Source: Squalus acanthias
Lineage: Eukaryota
Reading direction: 5' to 3'
Length of the DNA stretch: 64,000 nucleotides
Assembly: GCA_030390025.1 (NCBI GenBank)
Contig: CM059432.1
Coordinates: forward strand, 131,938,001-132,002,000
A program made the translations under genes and the position numbers. Within the stretch, counting starts at the first letter, position 1, and the number at the start of each line of letters is the position of its first letter. The notes below the pieces were generated by a model. It had not been told where the DNA came from and did not search any database. It saw nothing but the letters and a program-made list of their open reading frames with translations. Of the stretch, positions 25,101-37,100 are shown piece by piece.

Positions 25101-28100
25101 TTGATTATTGTTTCTGAAACTTTACCCACCACTGATGTTAAACTGTAGTTACTAGGATTGTCCTTACATCCTTTCTTGAACAATGGTGTCACATTTGCCA
25201 CTTTCCAATCCTCAGGCACCTCCCCCGCATCTAGGGAAGATTGGAAAATGATGGCAGGCCCTTCTGCTATCTCCTCCCCCAATTCCCTTAGCAACCTGGG
25301 ATGCAAGCCATCTGGACCAGTCGACTTGTCCAGTCTAAGCATACCCAGTCTTTCTAGTACATCTTGTCTGTGGATCGGACGACATTGAGAGTATAATTTG
25401 TGACTCCGTCAATGGTAAATTTGGTTTGCTCTGAACCTTGGCCAGTGACGTGCATACAATATGTGAAACAGTTATTATGTCAACATCACTTAATTGTTTC
25501 ATTGATTTTAGGTAGTTTTTTGTTTCTGCCTTTCTGGAAGTCCTGTAACAAAAGGGTCTGTATGGCCATTGCTGTGGACGGCCAATTGGGACCCACACAC
25601 TGCTATGGATTTCTTCAGTGCCTAAAAATGGCTGTGATGCATCCTGCTATTCAGTGGCCCAGCATGTTGGGACATTTATCGTGATGCTCCATTGTTGATT
25701 CTGGCCATGTGCATGTAAGGGAAGATTTTGTAGAGGGCAGCATTTCAATTAATATAAAGTCCCTAATTTAAAGAAACTGTTGCCCTTTTGACTCACTGGC
25801 GTAGATTTTCAACTTGACCCCCCGCCCCGGACGTTAAACTGACGCTGTACATTGTCCGCCCGTTATAAAACCCCCAATCCCCCACCCCCGTCCCCCATTT
25901 TACATTTCAATGGAAATGAGAATCAGGTGGCTTGTATAACAGATGACCGACCCACAAATTCAGTTTTACACCCGGGCGGTAAGTTGAAAATCTACCCCAC
26001 TGTGTAGCCTGTATTTTAACACTGTGCACAGTTACGCTTCCCAGCACTTTTGTTCTCTGGATGTGGGCGACGTTGGCATGACTATATTTATTGCCCATCT
26101 GAGAAGGTGGTGGCCCTTCTTGTTGAGTTGCTGCCGTCCTAATGATGGTGTTAGGTTGGGAATTCCAAGATATTGACTTATTACCACTTGGCCTTAAATT
26201 GAAACTATTGTCAATACACTGTAAATTCAGGAATTAGATAAAACAATCTTATTGGTGCCATTCCAATGGTTCACATGTAAAATTTCTATCCCTGGGTCAT
26301 AGAAGGTTGGATCCCCCATCTATCCTGAGTTAGCTGGAACAGAAATAGGGGCACTGCAATTGCAGTTAGGAAAGGATAATTGAGATAGGTTCCTGCTCTT
26401 GGATCACTTTATACCAACCCCCGCTGAAAGTGTACATGTGTGAGCCTGGGTGAGGACAGGATCAGGATCGATTGTGATGTGACATCTTTCCCAGTGTAAT
26501 ACCCCAACTGTCTCACACGTAAATAATGGCGACTTGGGTGAGGTATCAGAGGGTGGCCACCAACTGTGGAATTTGTTTCCCAGTGAGGGAGGCTACACCT
26601 TCAGAAGAGGAGGGGGGGAAATCATAGCAAATTAGCAAAAGGGAATGATATCAAGCAGTCCTCACAAGAATTAAATCGTTCAATACAAATGTTAAACCCA
26701 CCAAATTTTGTGCTTGCATTTTGCTATTTTGAAGTTGCCAAAAGTTAAATTATCCTGATGAATACATTGATTATTCTTTGTTTCTATCTAATATTTCATT
26801 TGTATAACAAATGCAGTTGTCATGAACTAGTTACCAATAGTTTAGAAGGAGCTCACACTTTTTTTTTTTATCACTTACAGGGTTTAAGAGGAGAGTCTGG
26901 AATTCCAGGCCAGTCCGGCTCTATAGGGATTCATGGAGCAAAGGGAAATAAGGTAGGGATTTACATCCATGACTGAACTAAACATGACATTCTCATCCTG
27001 TTCCAACTTTCATTCTACCTTCTGAATAATGCATTTGTTTATAAACTTGAACAAACCCCAAAACTTTACCAAATCAAAACCATATTGATTTTGGCTTCTA
27101 AAATCCTTGCTTACAAAACCTGTTCCTCAACTGAAATAATAATGTTCTACATAAAAGAAGCCAAGTGAGAGAATATGTCAATGTTTCTAAAATCATTGTG
27201 GAAAACAATATGCCCACATATTGAATGACAAATGGTAATAAGTGAATATATTAGTTTTGCAATTGAATGTTTCACACTTAACATTTTCAGCCAATCTCAT
27301 CCCATGTAATAATATTTTACAGGGTGAGCCAGGAAATCCCGGGAAGAAAGGAAGCCAGGTAATAATTACTTGCTTTCCAATTTTTGATTTCAGTAATGCC
27401 AATGGCATCTGTCTCTTATAAATAGAACAGTTCTTGAGCATTTGTAGAACCATAGAATGATACAGCACAGAAGGCAGCCATTCGGCCCACCCTGTCTGTG
27501 CCGACTCTTTGAAAGAGCTCTCCAATTAGTCCCACTCCCCCGCTCTTTCCCCATAGCCTTGAAAATGTTTCCACTTCAAGTAATTATCCAATTCCCTTCA
27601 GAAAGTTACTATTGAATCTGCTTCCACCACTCTTTCAGGCAGGGTATTCCAGATCATAACAACTCACTGCGTAAAAAAATGTCTCCTCATGTCGCCACTG
27701 GTTCTTTTGCCAATTACCCTTAATCTGTGTCCTCTGGTTACTGACCCTTCTGCCACTGGAAACAGTTTCTCCTTATTTACTCTATCAAAACCATTCATGA
27801 TTTTGAACACCTCTATCAAATCTCCCCTTAACCTTCTATGCTCAAAGGAAACAATCCCAGCTTCTCTCGTCTCTCCACATAGCTGATGTCTCCCTGGTAC
27901 TATTCTAGTAAATCTCCTCTTCACCCTCTCCAATGCCGTGACATTCTTCCTATAGTGTGGTGCCCAGAATTGGCCACAATACTCCAGCTAGTGTCTAGCC
28001 AGTGTTTTCTAAGGGCACGAAATTCGGTTACGCCCCGTTTGGGGGTGATAACTGAGTTAAGGCCGGATATTTAGCGCCCGGCGCGGAAGTGCCGCCCCGG

Positions 28101-31100
28101 CCACTAAATTCGGATTACCGCCCTGCACAGGAAGTGGAGCGCAATCTCGGGCGCTCCACTTCCTGGTGGGGCGGTAACCGAAGCGATGTCGGGGCGCGAT
28201 CTGCAGCGTTCGGCAGAGGTTCCGTGGAGTGCTACCTCGTATCAATGCCCCTCCCCTTCCGTTAAAGGGGAGGGCCGTTGCGCACTCTGCAGGGCCTCCG
28301 ATGGCCCACACTAGGCCACCAGGGTGGCATGGTGCCACGGCCACAGCCCAGCACCAAGACACGGTGCCAGGCTGCGCGATGCCGGCCAGGACCATGCCAC
28401 GGCCCACCACGGAGGGCCGACCTCAAAAAAGAAAATGGCGGCACGGGTCGCGGCCGCACCTCCCCTTTAAATACCGCCCCGCGAGGCTGGCGCTGACATC
28501 ACCTGTGGCAGCCTCGCAGGGCGCAACTGAATTTCTGTCACGGGACGCTAAGGGGAGGCGGCAGGCCAGTAAGGGGTCACGGCGCATGGCGATGACGTCA
28601 TCGCCGGTGGCCTGGGGTGCTACCAGCGGGGGCACGGTGCTATCGGGTAGCGCCCCACCAAATTTCTTGAGGTGCCTTTTTCGCCCGCCCCCCCCGGGCA
28701 ATAAGCCCTTTGCCCCCCGGAGGCGCTAACGGCAGGTGCAATGGAGCCAAATTTATAGCTCTTAATGTTTAGAATAACTTGCTTACTTTTCTCCACTCTG
28801 CCTCTATTTATAAAGCCAAGGACCACATATGCCTTTTTAACAGCTTCCTCAACTTGTCCTGCCACCTTCAAAGATTTGTGTACATACATCCCCAGGTCGC
28901 TGTTCCTGAACCCCAAACACAATAACTATCAGTTCAAACAAACACAGTAGAAATAGAATACTGGCTAAAATATTGCAAAGCTGTAATATTAAAGAACATA
29001 AGAAATAGGAGCAGGAGTAGGCCATTCGGCCCTTCGAGCCTGCTCCGTTAAAGGATTCAATTGACATTGCTATTATAGTTATAAAACCATTTGAGCCCAA
29101 GGCTTGGGTTGGAGCTCTGTAAGACACATGCAAACCAGTCACTGGTTTTGTTTAAAACCATATTCAAGCTTCCATTTTTCATTTTGGAACTGATTCTTCC
29201 GCGACCATCTTAAGCTTTGCCATTCCCATTGGAACATTCCACTCGCAATGCCAAGTTTTGCTGACAGCGGGACTGGTAAGAGGGTAAGACAAAGATGTTT
29301 ATTTTGCAGGTCCTTTCGTATGACAAGGGAAGAAAATGAGATAGTTGTTACTGAGTGCGCTGCCAGGAAATTTACTAACCTACATATGAATTATAATTTG
29401 CTATGTGTAATGAGGTAAGACAGAGAGAAGCTTGCACACAGCACACTCTAACCATCTTCCCCTGCTCATGCGATAAGATGGTTCAAGTGACCGTTCAAAT
29501 CCAAGATGGTTGCAAGTGGCACATTAATTTGCTCCTGCTGGAGTTTTAATCATCAAAAAATATGGAATCAAATGTGATGCTGCAGTATCGGTCTACTCTT
29601 TAAGTAAGGTGTAGCAGATGGATGGACAGAATGTCCGATCGGCATTATTTATTGTTAATGGTATAGCATTGATTTTAAATGTAACACTGATTGGAACATT
29701 TAGGCTAGTGAGTCCATTTATGGCTTTGATGATACTTCATCCAAGACAGTGTGAAGTCTGTTGCAGCTAGCAGTTTTCCTTTTCTGCACTAGGTGTAATA
29801 AAATTGTAAATCCACTCTTTTTTAACTGGTTTACAGTTTGATGATATGTAAGGGGTGACTCCATGATCTGGCATTGCTAGCGGGGAGTGGGATTCTTCGG
29901 GTAAGTGTGCTTTAGCGTGACATGATATCTATTCTGTCATCTAGGCTGAGAAAGGTAAAGAAGGATCCCCTGGATCACCAGGACCACAGGTAATCAACAA
30001 AATGTTTACACTCACAGAATATGGAATACATATGTAATCATTTGCAAATGTAATTACACTTTCATCCAAGTGTTTCATCAGTAACTTGCTGTGTTTACAT
30101 TTCTGCAGGGAGCTATTGGTGCTAAAGGAGGAAAAGGAGAGGTAAATGTTTGCGAGATAACAAAAATAAATTTGAATTATTATTCTGCTTCCTGATACCT
30201 TTTTGCCAAAAAGCTCTCCCTTACCAACTCAGTAATATAAGGGTAGATGTTCCCTTCAAGTGGACTTCGGCCAGCTGGCCAGCAGCCCAATAGTCCCGGT
30301 GGGAGGTGCCTGGTCCATTTTGGGGGCCAGGCTTCATTAGTATTCGGCTGGCGAGCTGCAAGCAGAAAACGGGCTCCCCAGGGCAGCCCATCGGCTCCAG
30401 GCCACCGCAATATTGGACGGCCCGGCAGCCTCTGGGCCGGAAGAAGGTAGGTTCCGTGGGAGGGGCCGACCTCGGGAGGGGGGAGGGACTTGGAGTGGCA
30501 ATGGCCCAGGCAGATTTTGTGAAGCCTGGAGGAGCACTCCTGCTCCTCCCAGCCCTACAAAAAATAAACACAAATATATCTGTCAGCTCCTCCTCGGCTG
30601 GACCTCCAGCTGATGCTAGGCAGAGCACGTGCCCTTGTGAAGGGATGGGGCAGGATAAATAGAAACAGAGGCCGTGATTTCGCCAGCCGTGGCAAGTCCG
30701 GTGCGGCCAGAGTACGGAGCGGCCTCAAACCCCGCTCCCGTCTTCATCCCGCCTCCTCCAAGTGATTCTGCCCTGATTGGGCTTGCGAGGTTGCCAGCCA
30801 ATTAAAAGGAAGCGGGTCTGATGACGTCACCTGATGACGCGTCATCAGCCGGTTTCCTTAAAGGGGCCATGTCCACATTTATTTTGACAATTGTGCTGTC
30901 AGTGTTCTACAGCATTGAGGTGCTGCAAACACTGACAAGCACTGCACAAATGTGCACGGCTGCACCCAGACTCTCCCATGATGCTTATGGAGGGAGTCAC
31001 AGCACGCAGGGAGGTTCTCTTCCTTTCCAGTGGGTGGAAGAGACCTCCCCAGGACACCAACGCAGCCTGGTTGCACATTGCACAGCAGGACAGAAGCAGA

Positions 31101-34100
31101 GATGTGGTCAGGAGGACCAGGCTGCAGTGGCGCAAACCTTTCAATTATCTCAGTAGATCACAAAATGTTACTGCAAAGCCACTCTCAACCTCATCCTGCT
31201 GTGCCACTCATCACATCCCATCACTCTACCTTCCTTACCCTACTCCTGCACATACCTACTCTCACCAACTTACCTTGCACCTCCACCCATCCCTCTCTAT
31301 CTACATTATCACTTCCCCATCTCACTAGCCACCCTTCACACTCACCCTCATCCTAGTCCAATCATACCAACTAACAACACACAATGGTAGGCACTTGGGT
31401 GTTTTAGCCAATGTTTGGGTAAACTTTCTGATAATGAGTTGTTAAGCAGTGAAATCTATATTTTCACCACTTTGCCTTCTTGGACAGATTAGTGTGCACC
31501 TTTGAAAGTGTCTTCGTGAGTTCCAGTGAATGGTGAGACATAACGTCCCCCCTCCCCAATGGTGATGAGTGTGAAAGGAATTGCTTGGACACTGTAGGGA
31601 TGCTTTATGGCGCTGGTGTGGGGTGGTGCCAACCTTGTGCATCATGTGGCAACCAGGGTGTACAGTGAAGCAAATCTGGACATGGTGAGGCCATCGCTGG
31701 TGTCCCAGGCAGTAGTACACGGGTGATGATGCCCTGTGTCCAGTGCAGCATCAGGTGATTGCGGAGAAGGCTGGTGTGGATGTTGGTGCTGCTGGTGTGC
31801 CCAGGGATGCTGGTGTTGGGGCTGATCATGTTGGGATTCTGAGGACCCAGGTGAGATTTTATCAAGAGCACCGATGCTGATGGAATAGATGGCAGGTGAG
31901 GTTGAGATAACAGAATTAATCTGTCAATGTTGAGATAGGTTGTTTCAAGGCGGTGACAGTGGATAGAGAGATTATTCCAAACACTTTAAAAGTGCATAAA
32001 GCTCAAAAGTGGGTTCCAAATCATTAATGCCCCAGCTTCTAAGATTAGGAAGTGAACAGCTGCGAAATGGTAGGTTTTATACCACTTTTGCAGCTGTCAC
32101 CTATTTACAGCAATCCAAGTCATTGAGAACACGACATACTTATCTGACGTGATACCTGCTCTCCGGGAACCTCGTTGACAACCTGGCAAAATGTTAAGTA
32201 CATGGGGAAAATGGTTCTTAACTACCTTTTAATAAGCTTTTAACTATCTAAATTGACTGACCCGCCGCTTGGTGTCAGGTCTGTTCAGGGATGACAGACC
32301 CGACACTTGGGAAACTGACAAGGAGGCGGGTTTACAGTGGGATACTGACCCGCTGTCAATCTTTGTGATTTTGACAGTGGACCTGCCTCCAAACTTGCAC
32401 TCTGTGTGCCGACAAAATTCCGGCCAGAATATTTCCAGTGGTTAAGAGTTCTTGAATGAGGGGCATGGTGTCAGCCGTGGCTCAGTGGTTAGCACTCTCG
32501 CCTCTGAGTCAGAAGTTAGTGGGTTCAGAGCCCCACTCCAGATACTTGAGCACAAAAATCTGGGCTGACACTCCAGTCCAATACTGAGGGAATGCTGCAC
32601 TGTCGGAGATGAGACGTTAAACCAAGACCCTGTCTGCACTCTCAGGTGGATGTAAAAGATCCCATGGCACTATTTCGAAGAAGAGCAGAGGAATTCTTCC
32701 TGGCATCCAGGCCAATATTTATCCCTCAACCAACATCACTTAAACAGATTTTCTGGTCATTATCAAATTGCTGTTTGTGGGAGCTTGCTGCATTTCCTAC
32801 ATTATAATAGCAACTACACTTCAAAAGTACTTCATTGGCTGTAAAGCGCTTTGGGATGTCATGAAAGGCACGATATAAATGCAAGTCTTTTTAAGATTAA
32901 GTGTAAGAGGTTTGGGACAGATAGCAGGAGAAACCTTTTTACACGGAGGGATGTGAGGCTGTGGAATGCTAGAGTTTGAATCAGAGACCATGTCAACATT
33001 CAAGAATAACTTAGAGGTGGTTGAGGAAAAAGAGGGGAAAGGGAGATGGGAACAGGGCGAGCACATGGGATTAAGACTGCTGTTTGTGTGGAGGATAAAC
33101 ACCAATGCGTACTGATTGGAGGGAGCAGCCTGTTTCGATATAATTTTATGTAATCACTTGATGGTTTACAACTGAGAGAAGCTAGGGAAGAAAAAATGGA
33201 GATTTTCCAAGATTCTGTAGAAAGGAAAATTATATCAGAGGGCTGGAGGTGACAAAAGTGATGCCCATCTTTGAAGAAGGAGATGGCATAGGTCAGAAAA
33301 TTATAGGTTTACTTCAGTTGTTGGTAATATGCTAGACCCTGTAATATGGGATGAAATTACTACCCACGTGTAGAAACGTGAGTTAAGTAAAGCCAAGCAG
33401 CATAGATTTCTGAAACATAAGTTGTGCTTGACCAACCATATACAATTTGTTGAAGAAATAACAGAGAAGACACTTAAAAAAAATCCAGTGGATTTGGTTA
33501 TAAGGATTTTCAAAAAGCATTTGATAAGTACCACATAAGAGACTTATGACAAAGGTAATAGCACATGGACTTAAAGGGAATATAGTCGCATAGATAGAGA
33601 TGGTTGGAAGAAGAAAGAAAGGGGTGGGGTGGGGGGGGGGGAAAGGATTGGAAAGATCCACAAATGTCTGTACTCGGGCCATTCTTGTTCACTATATACA
33701 TAAATGATTCAGATTTAGGAATTAAAGGAAAATATTGACATTTGCTGATGAAACCAAATTATGACAAGAATTGTGAAAGACTGAAGGACACATTTAGGCT
33801 AGCAGGATGGGTGGAAGATGCAGTTCAATTTAGAAAAATAGGAATATATTTTGGAAGTAAGAATAGGGAAAAGAAATATACCCTAAATGGTAAGATTTTA
33901 AATGGAATAAGGGAGCACAGGGACCTTGGTATGTTAAATACACAAGACATTAAAGGCGACAACACAAGTAGATAAGGTCAGTTAAAAAAACTGAATCCTT
34001 TATTTTGTATCTAGAATACACAGAATACTAAAAGAAGGAAGCAGTGTTAAACTGCAAGATCTTAGTTAGGCTGCATTGTACGAAGGATATAAAAGCAATG

Positions 34101-37100
34101 GAAAAGATGCAACACACATTCACTGGGATGTTACCAGGAATGAAGAGATACAGTTATGGAAAGAGATATATTAGAGCTTTTTTAGACAACAACTGAGAAG
34201 GTTAAGAGATGACTTGTTAGAGGTCTTCAAGGTTATGAAGGGTTATAATAAGGTAACTAGTGATAGATTGTTTCCACTAGTCAATGAGATTGTAACAAGA
34301 GGACACAAATTTAAAATAATCGCAAAAAGAATTAAGAGGGAAGTTAGAAAAAATGCCTTTATAGAGAAAGTGATACGGTTGTGTAATTCTTTGCCCCAAA
34401 CCTTTGTTGAAGCAGAGTCCATCATGAATTCTAAAAGGGAATTAGTTGCTTAAAAAAGGAAGAATATAAAAGGGTACAGAGAGCGAGTAGGAGAGTGGGA
34501 ATAGCCAAGGTGACTCTTGTGATACAGACTTGATGTCAGAATGGATCATTTCTGTGCAATAACGTTCTATAATTCTAGGATCCTGGGATGAGAGGATTGT
34601 CCTAGGATGAGAGATTGAGTAGAATGGGCCTATATTCTCTAGAGTTTAGAAGAATGAGAGGTGATCTCATTGAAATGTATAAAATTCTTCGAGGGCTCGA
34701 CAGGTTAGATGCTGAGAGTCTGTTTCCTCTGGCTGGAGAGTCTAGAACTAGGGTTCATTGTCTCAGGATAAAGGGTCGGACATTTAGGACTGAGATGAGA
34801 AATTCCTTCACTCACGGTTGTGAATCTTAGGAATTCTCTACACCAGAGAGCTGTGGATGCTCAGTCATTGAGTATATTCAAGACATGGATCGATAGATTT
34901 TTAGACACTAATGGAATTAAGGGATATGGGGATAGGGCAGGAAGGTGGAGTTGAGGTAGAAGTTCAGCCATGGTGGAGTAAGCTCAATCGGCCATATGGC
35001 CTACTCCTGCTCCTATTTCTTATGTTCTTATGATATATCTTCACATGTAATATATACATTTTTCTTTTATATAACTTAGAAAGGTAATGTGGGACCATCC
35101 GGTGAGAGGGGAACTGATGGCAAGAATGGAGAAACTGGTCTAATGGGCCCTATAGGACCACGTGGACCTTCAGGCCAAGAAGGCCCATATGGACTACCTG
35201 GTGTTCCTGGACTTCCTGGGAAACCTGTAGGTGTTACTAGAATATCACTCCTGTGATTTAATTTTTGATGTATATATAATGTATGCCCATAATATTGTAC
35301 AATAACTCATATTTGTTCTAATTAGGCGAAGCCTGTCACGGATGAACGCGTAATGAAACTCTGCAGTGACATGCTTCGCAGTGAGTACTTATAATCACAG
35401 TTTCACTTGTTGAAAAAGCGTTGATATACCTTGTACAATGTGAATGCAGTATTTTACCAAAAACGGATTGCAGTATTTCCGACATGGATTTCTAGAAGTA
35501 TTACTGAACATTTCCAATCATTTCTGCATTTTTTTACATTATGAACTAGATGCCCTATGGATTAAAACAAAAAGCAGTGCACTGAAAGAGAGTCGGGATA
35601 AATGGGTCATTTTCCAGTTGGCAAACGGTAACCAGTGGGGTACCACAGGGATCGGTGCTGGGGCCTCAACTATTTACAATCTACATTAATAACTTGGATG
35701 AAGGGACCGAGTGTAATGTAGCCAAGTTTGCGGATGATACAAAGATGGGTGGGAAAGCAAGTTGTGCAGAGGACTCAAAGAATCTGCAAAGGGATATAGA
35801 CAGGCTAAGTGAGTGGGCAAACATTTGGCAGATGGAGTATAATGTGGGAAAGTGCGAGGTTATACACTTTGGCAGGAAAAATAGAAAAGCAAATTATTAT
35901 TTAAATGGAGAGAGATTACAAAATGCTACAGTTCAGAGGGACCTGGGGGTCCTTGTACATGAAACACAAAAAGTTAGCATGCAGGTACAGCAAGTAATCA
36001 AAAAGGCAAATGGAATGTTGGCCTTTATTTCAAGGGGGTTGGAATATAAAAACAGGGAAGTCCTGCTACAACTGTACAGGGTATTGGTGAGACCACACCT
36101 TGAGTACTGCGTACAGTTTTGGTCTCCTTATTTCAGGAAGGATATACTTGCATTGGAGGCAGTTCAGAGACGATTCACTAGGTTAATTCCAGAGATGAGG
36201 GGATTGACTTATGAGGAAAGGTTGAGCAGGCTGGACCTATACTCATTGGAATTTAGAAGAATGAAAGGTGATCTTATTGAAACATATAAGATACTGAAGG
36301 GGCTCAACAGGGTAGATGCAGAGAGGATGTTTCCCCTCATGGGGAAATCTAGAACTCGGGGGCACAGTTTTAGAATAAAGGGCCGCCCTTTTAGAACTGA
36401 GATGAGGAGGAATTTCTTCTCTCAGAGGGTCGTAAATCTGTGGAACTCTCTGCCGCAGAGAGCTGTGGAGGCTGGGTCATTAAATACATTTAAGGTGGAG
36501 ATAGACAGATTTTTGCAAGATAAGGGAGTGAAGGGTTATGGGGAGCAGGTGGGGAAGTGGCTTTGAGCCCAAGATCAGCCATGATCTTATTGAATGGCGG
36601 AGCAGGCTCGAGGGGCCAAGTGGCCTATTCCTGCTCCTATTTCTTATGTTCATATGTTCTTATGTAAACATAACCATATTTAATTCTGTATAGGAAACAA
36701 TACCCACACTGATGGTGGGATGGTGGCACCGTGCATTGGATCACTAGTCTGTGGCACCACATGTTGATGAGATGCTGGTTTTAATGCTTCTCATTAACCT
36801 GAGCAGAAGCAAGATGTTTCCCCAGGGGGAGGGAGGTAATATGATAGAGTGAGTCACTCCCGTTCACCCACATACACCTCCTAGCTGCAAATTAAATAGC
36901 CGTGATGTCAGAAATGTGAAATCACATTGTCTGCTTGCTCTTTCGTTGAAAAATGAGGCGTGCTTATGATCTATTATTATATATCTATATATTTCTAATG
37001 TTGATTTATCTTAGTTTTTTTTGTTTTAAAAATAAAAATTCTCCCCTCCGCTCCTTGAGATGCTGATTCGGGTTGGGATACTGTTCCTCGGGAACTAGTA

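Noticed and set aside
28057..28729. Cluster of overlapping GC-rich ORFs or a CpG-island promoter (also 50660-51082)
   Set aside because: Contained within TSD-bounded GC-rich MITEs; few stops because of composition.
32468..32545. Genuine tRNA genes (also 1290-1357, 38810-38865, 39465-39535)
   Set aside because: A/B boxes continue into SINE or LINE bodies; no complete cloverleaf with a downstream terminator.
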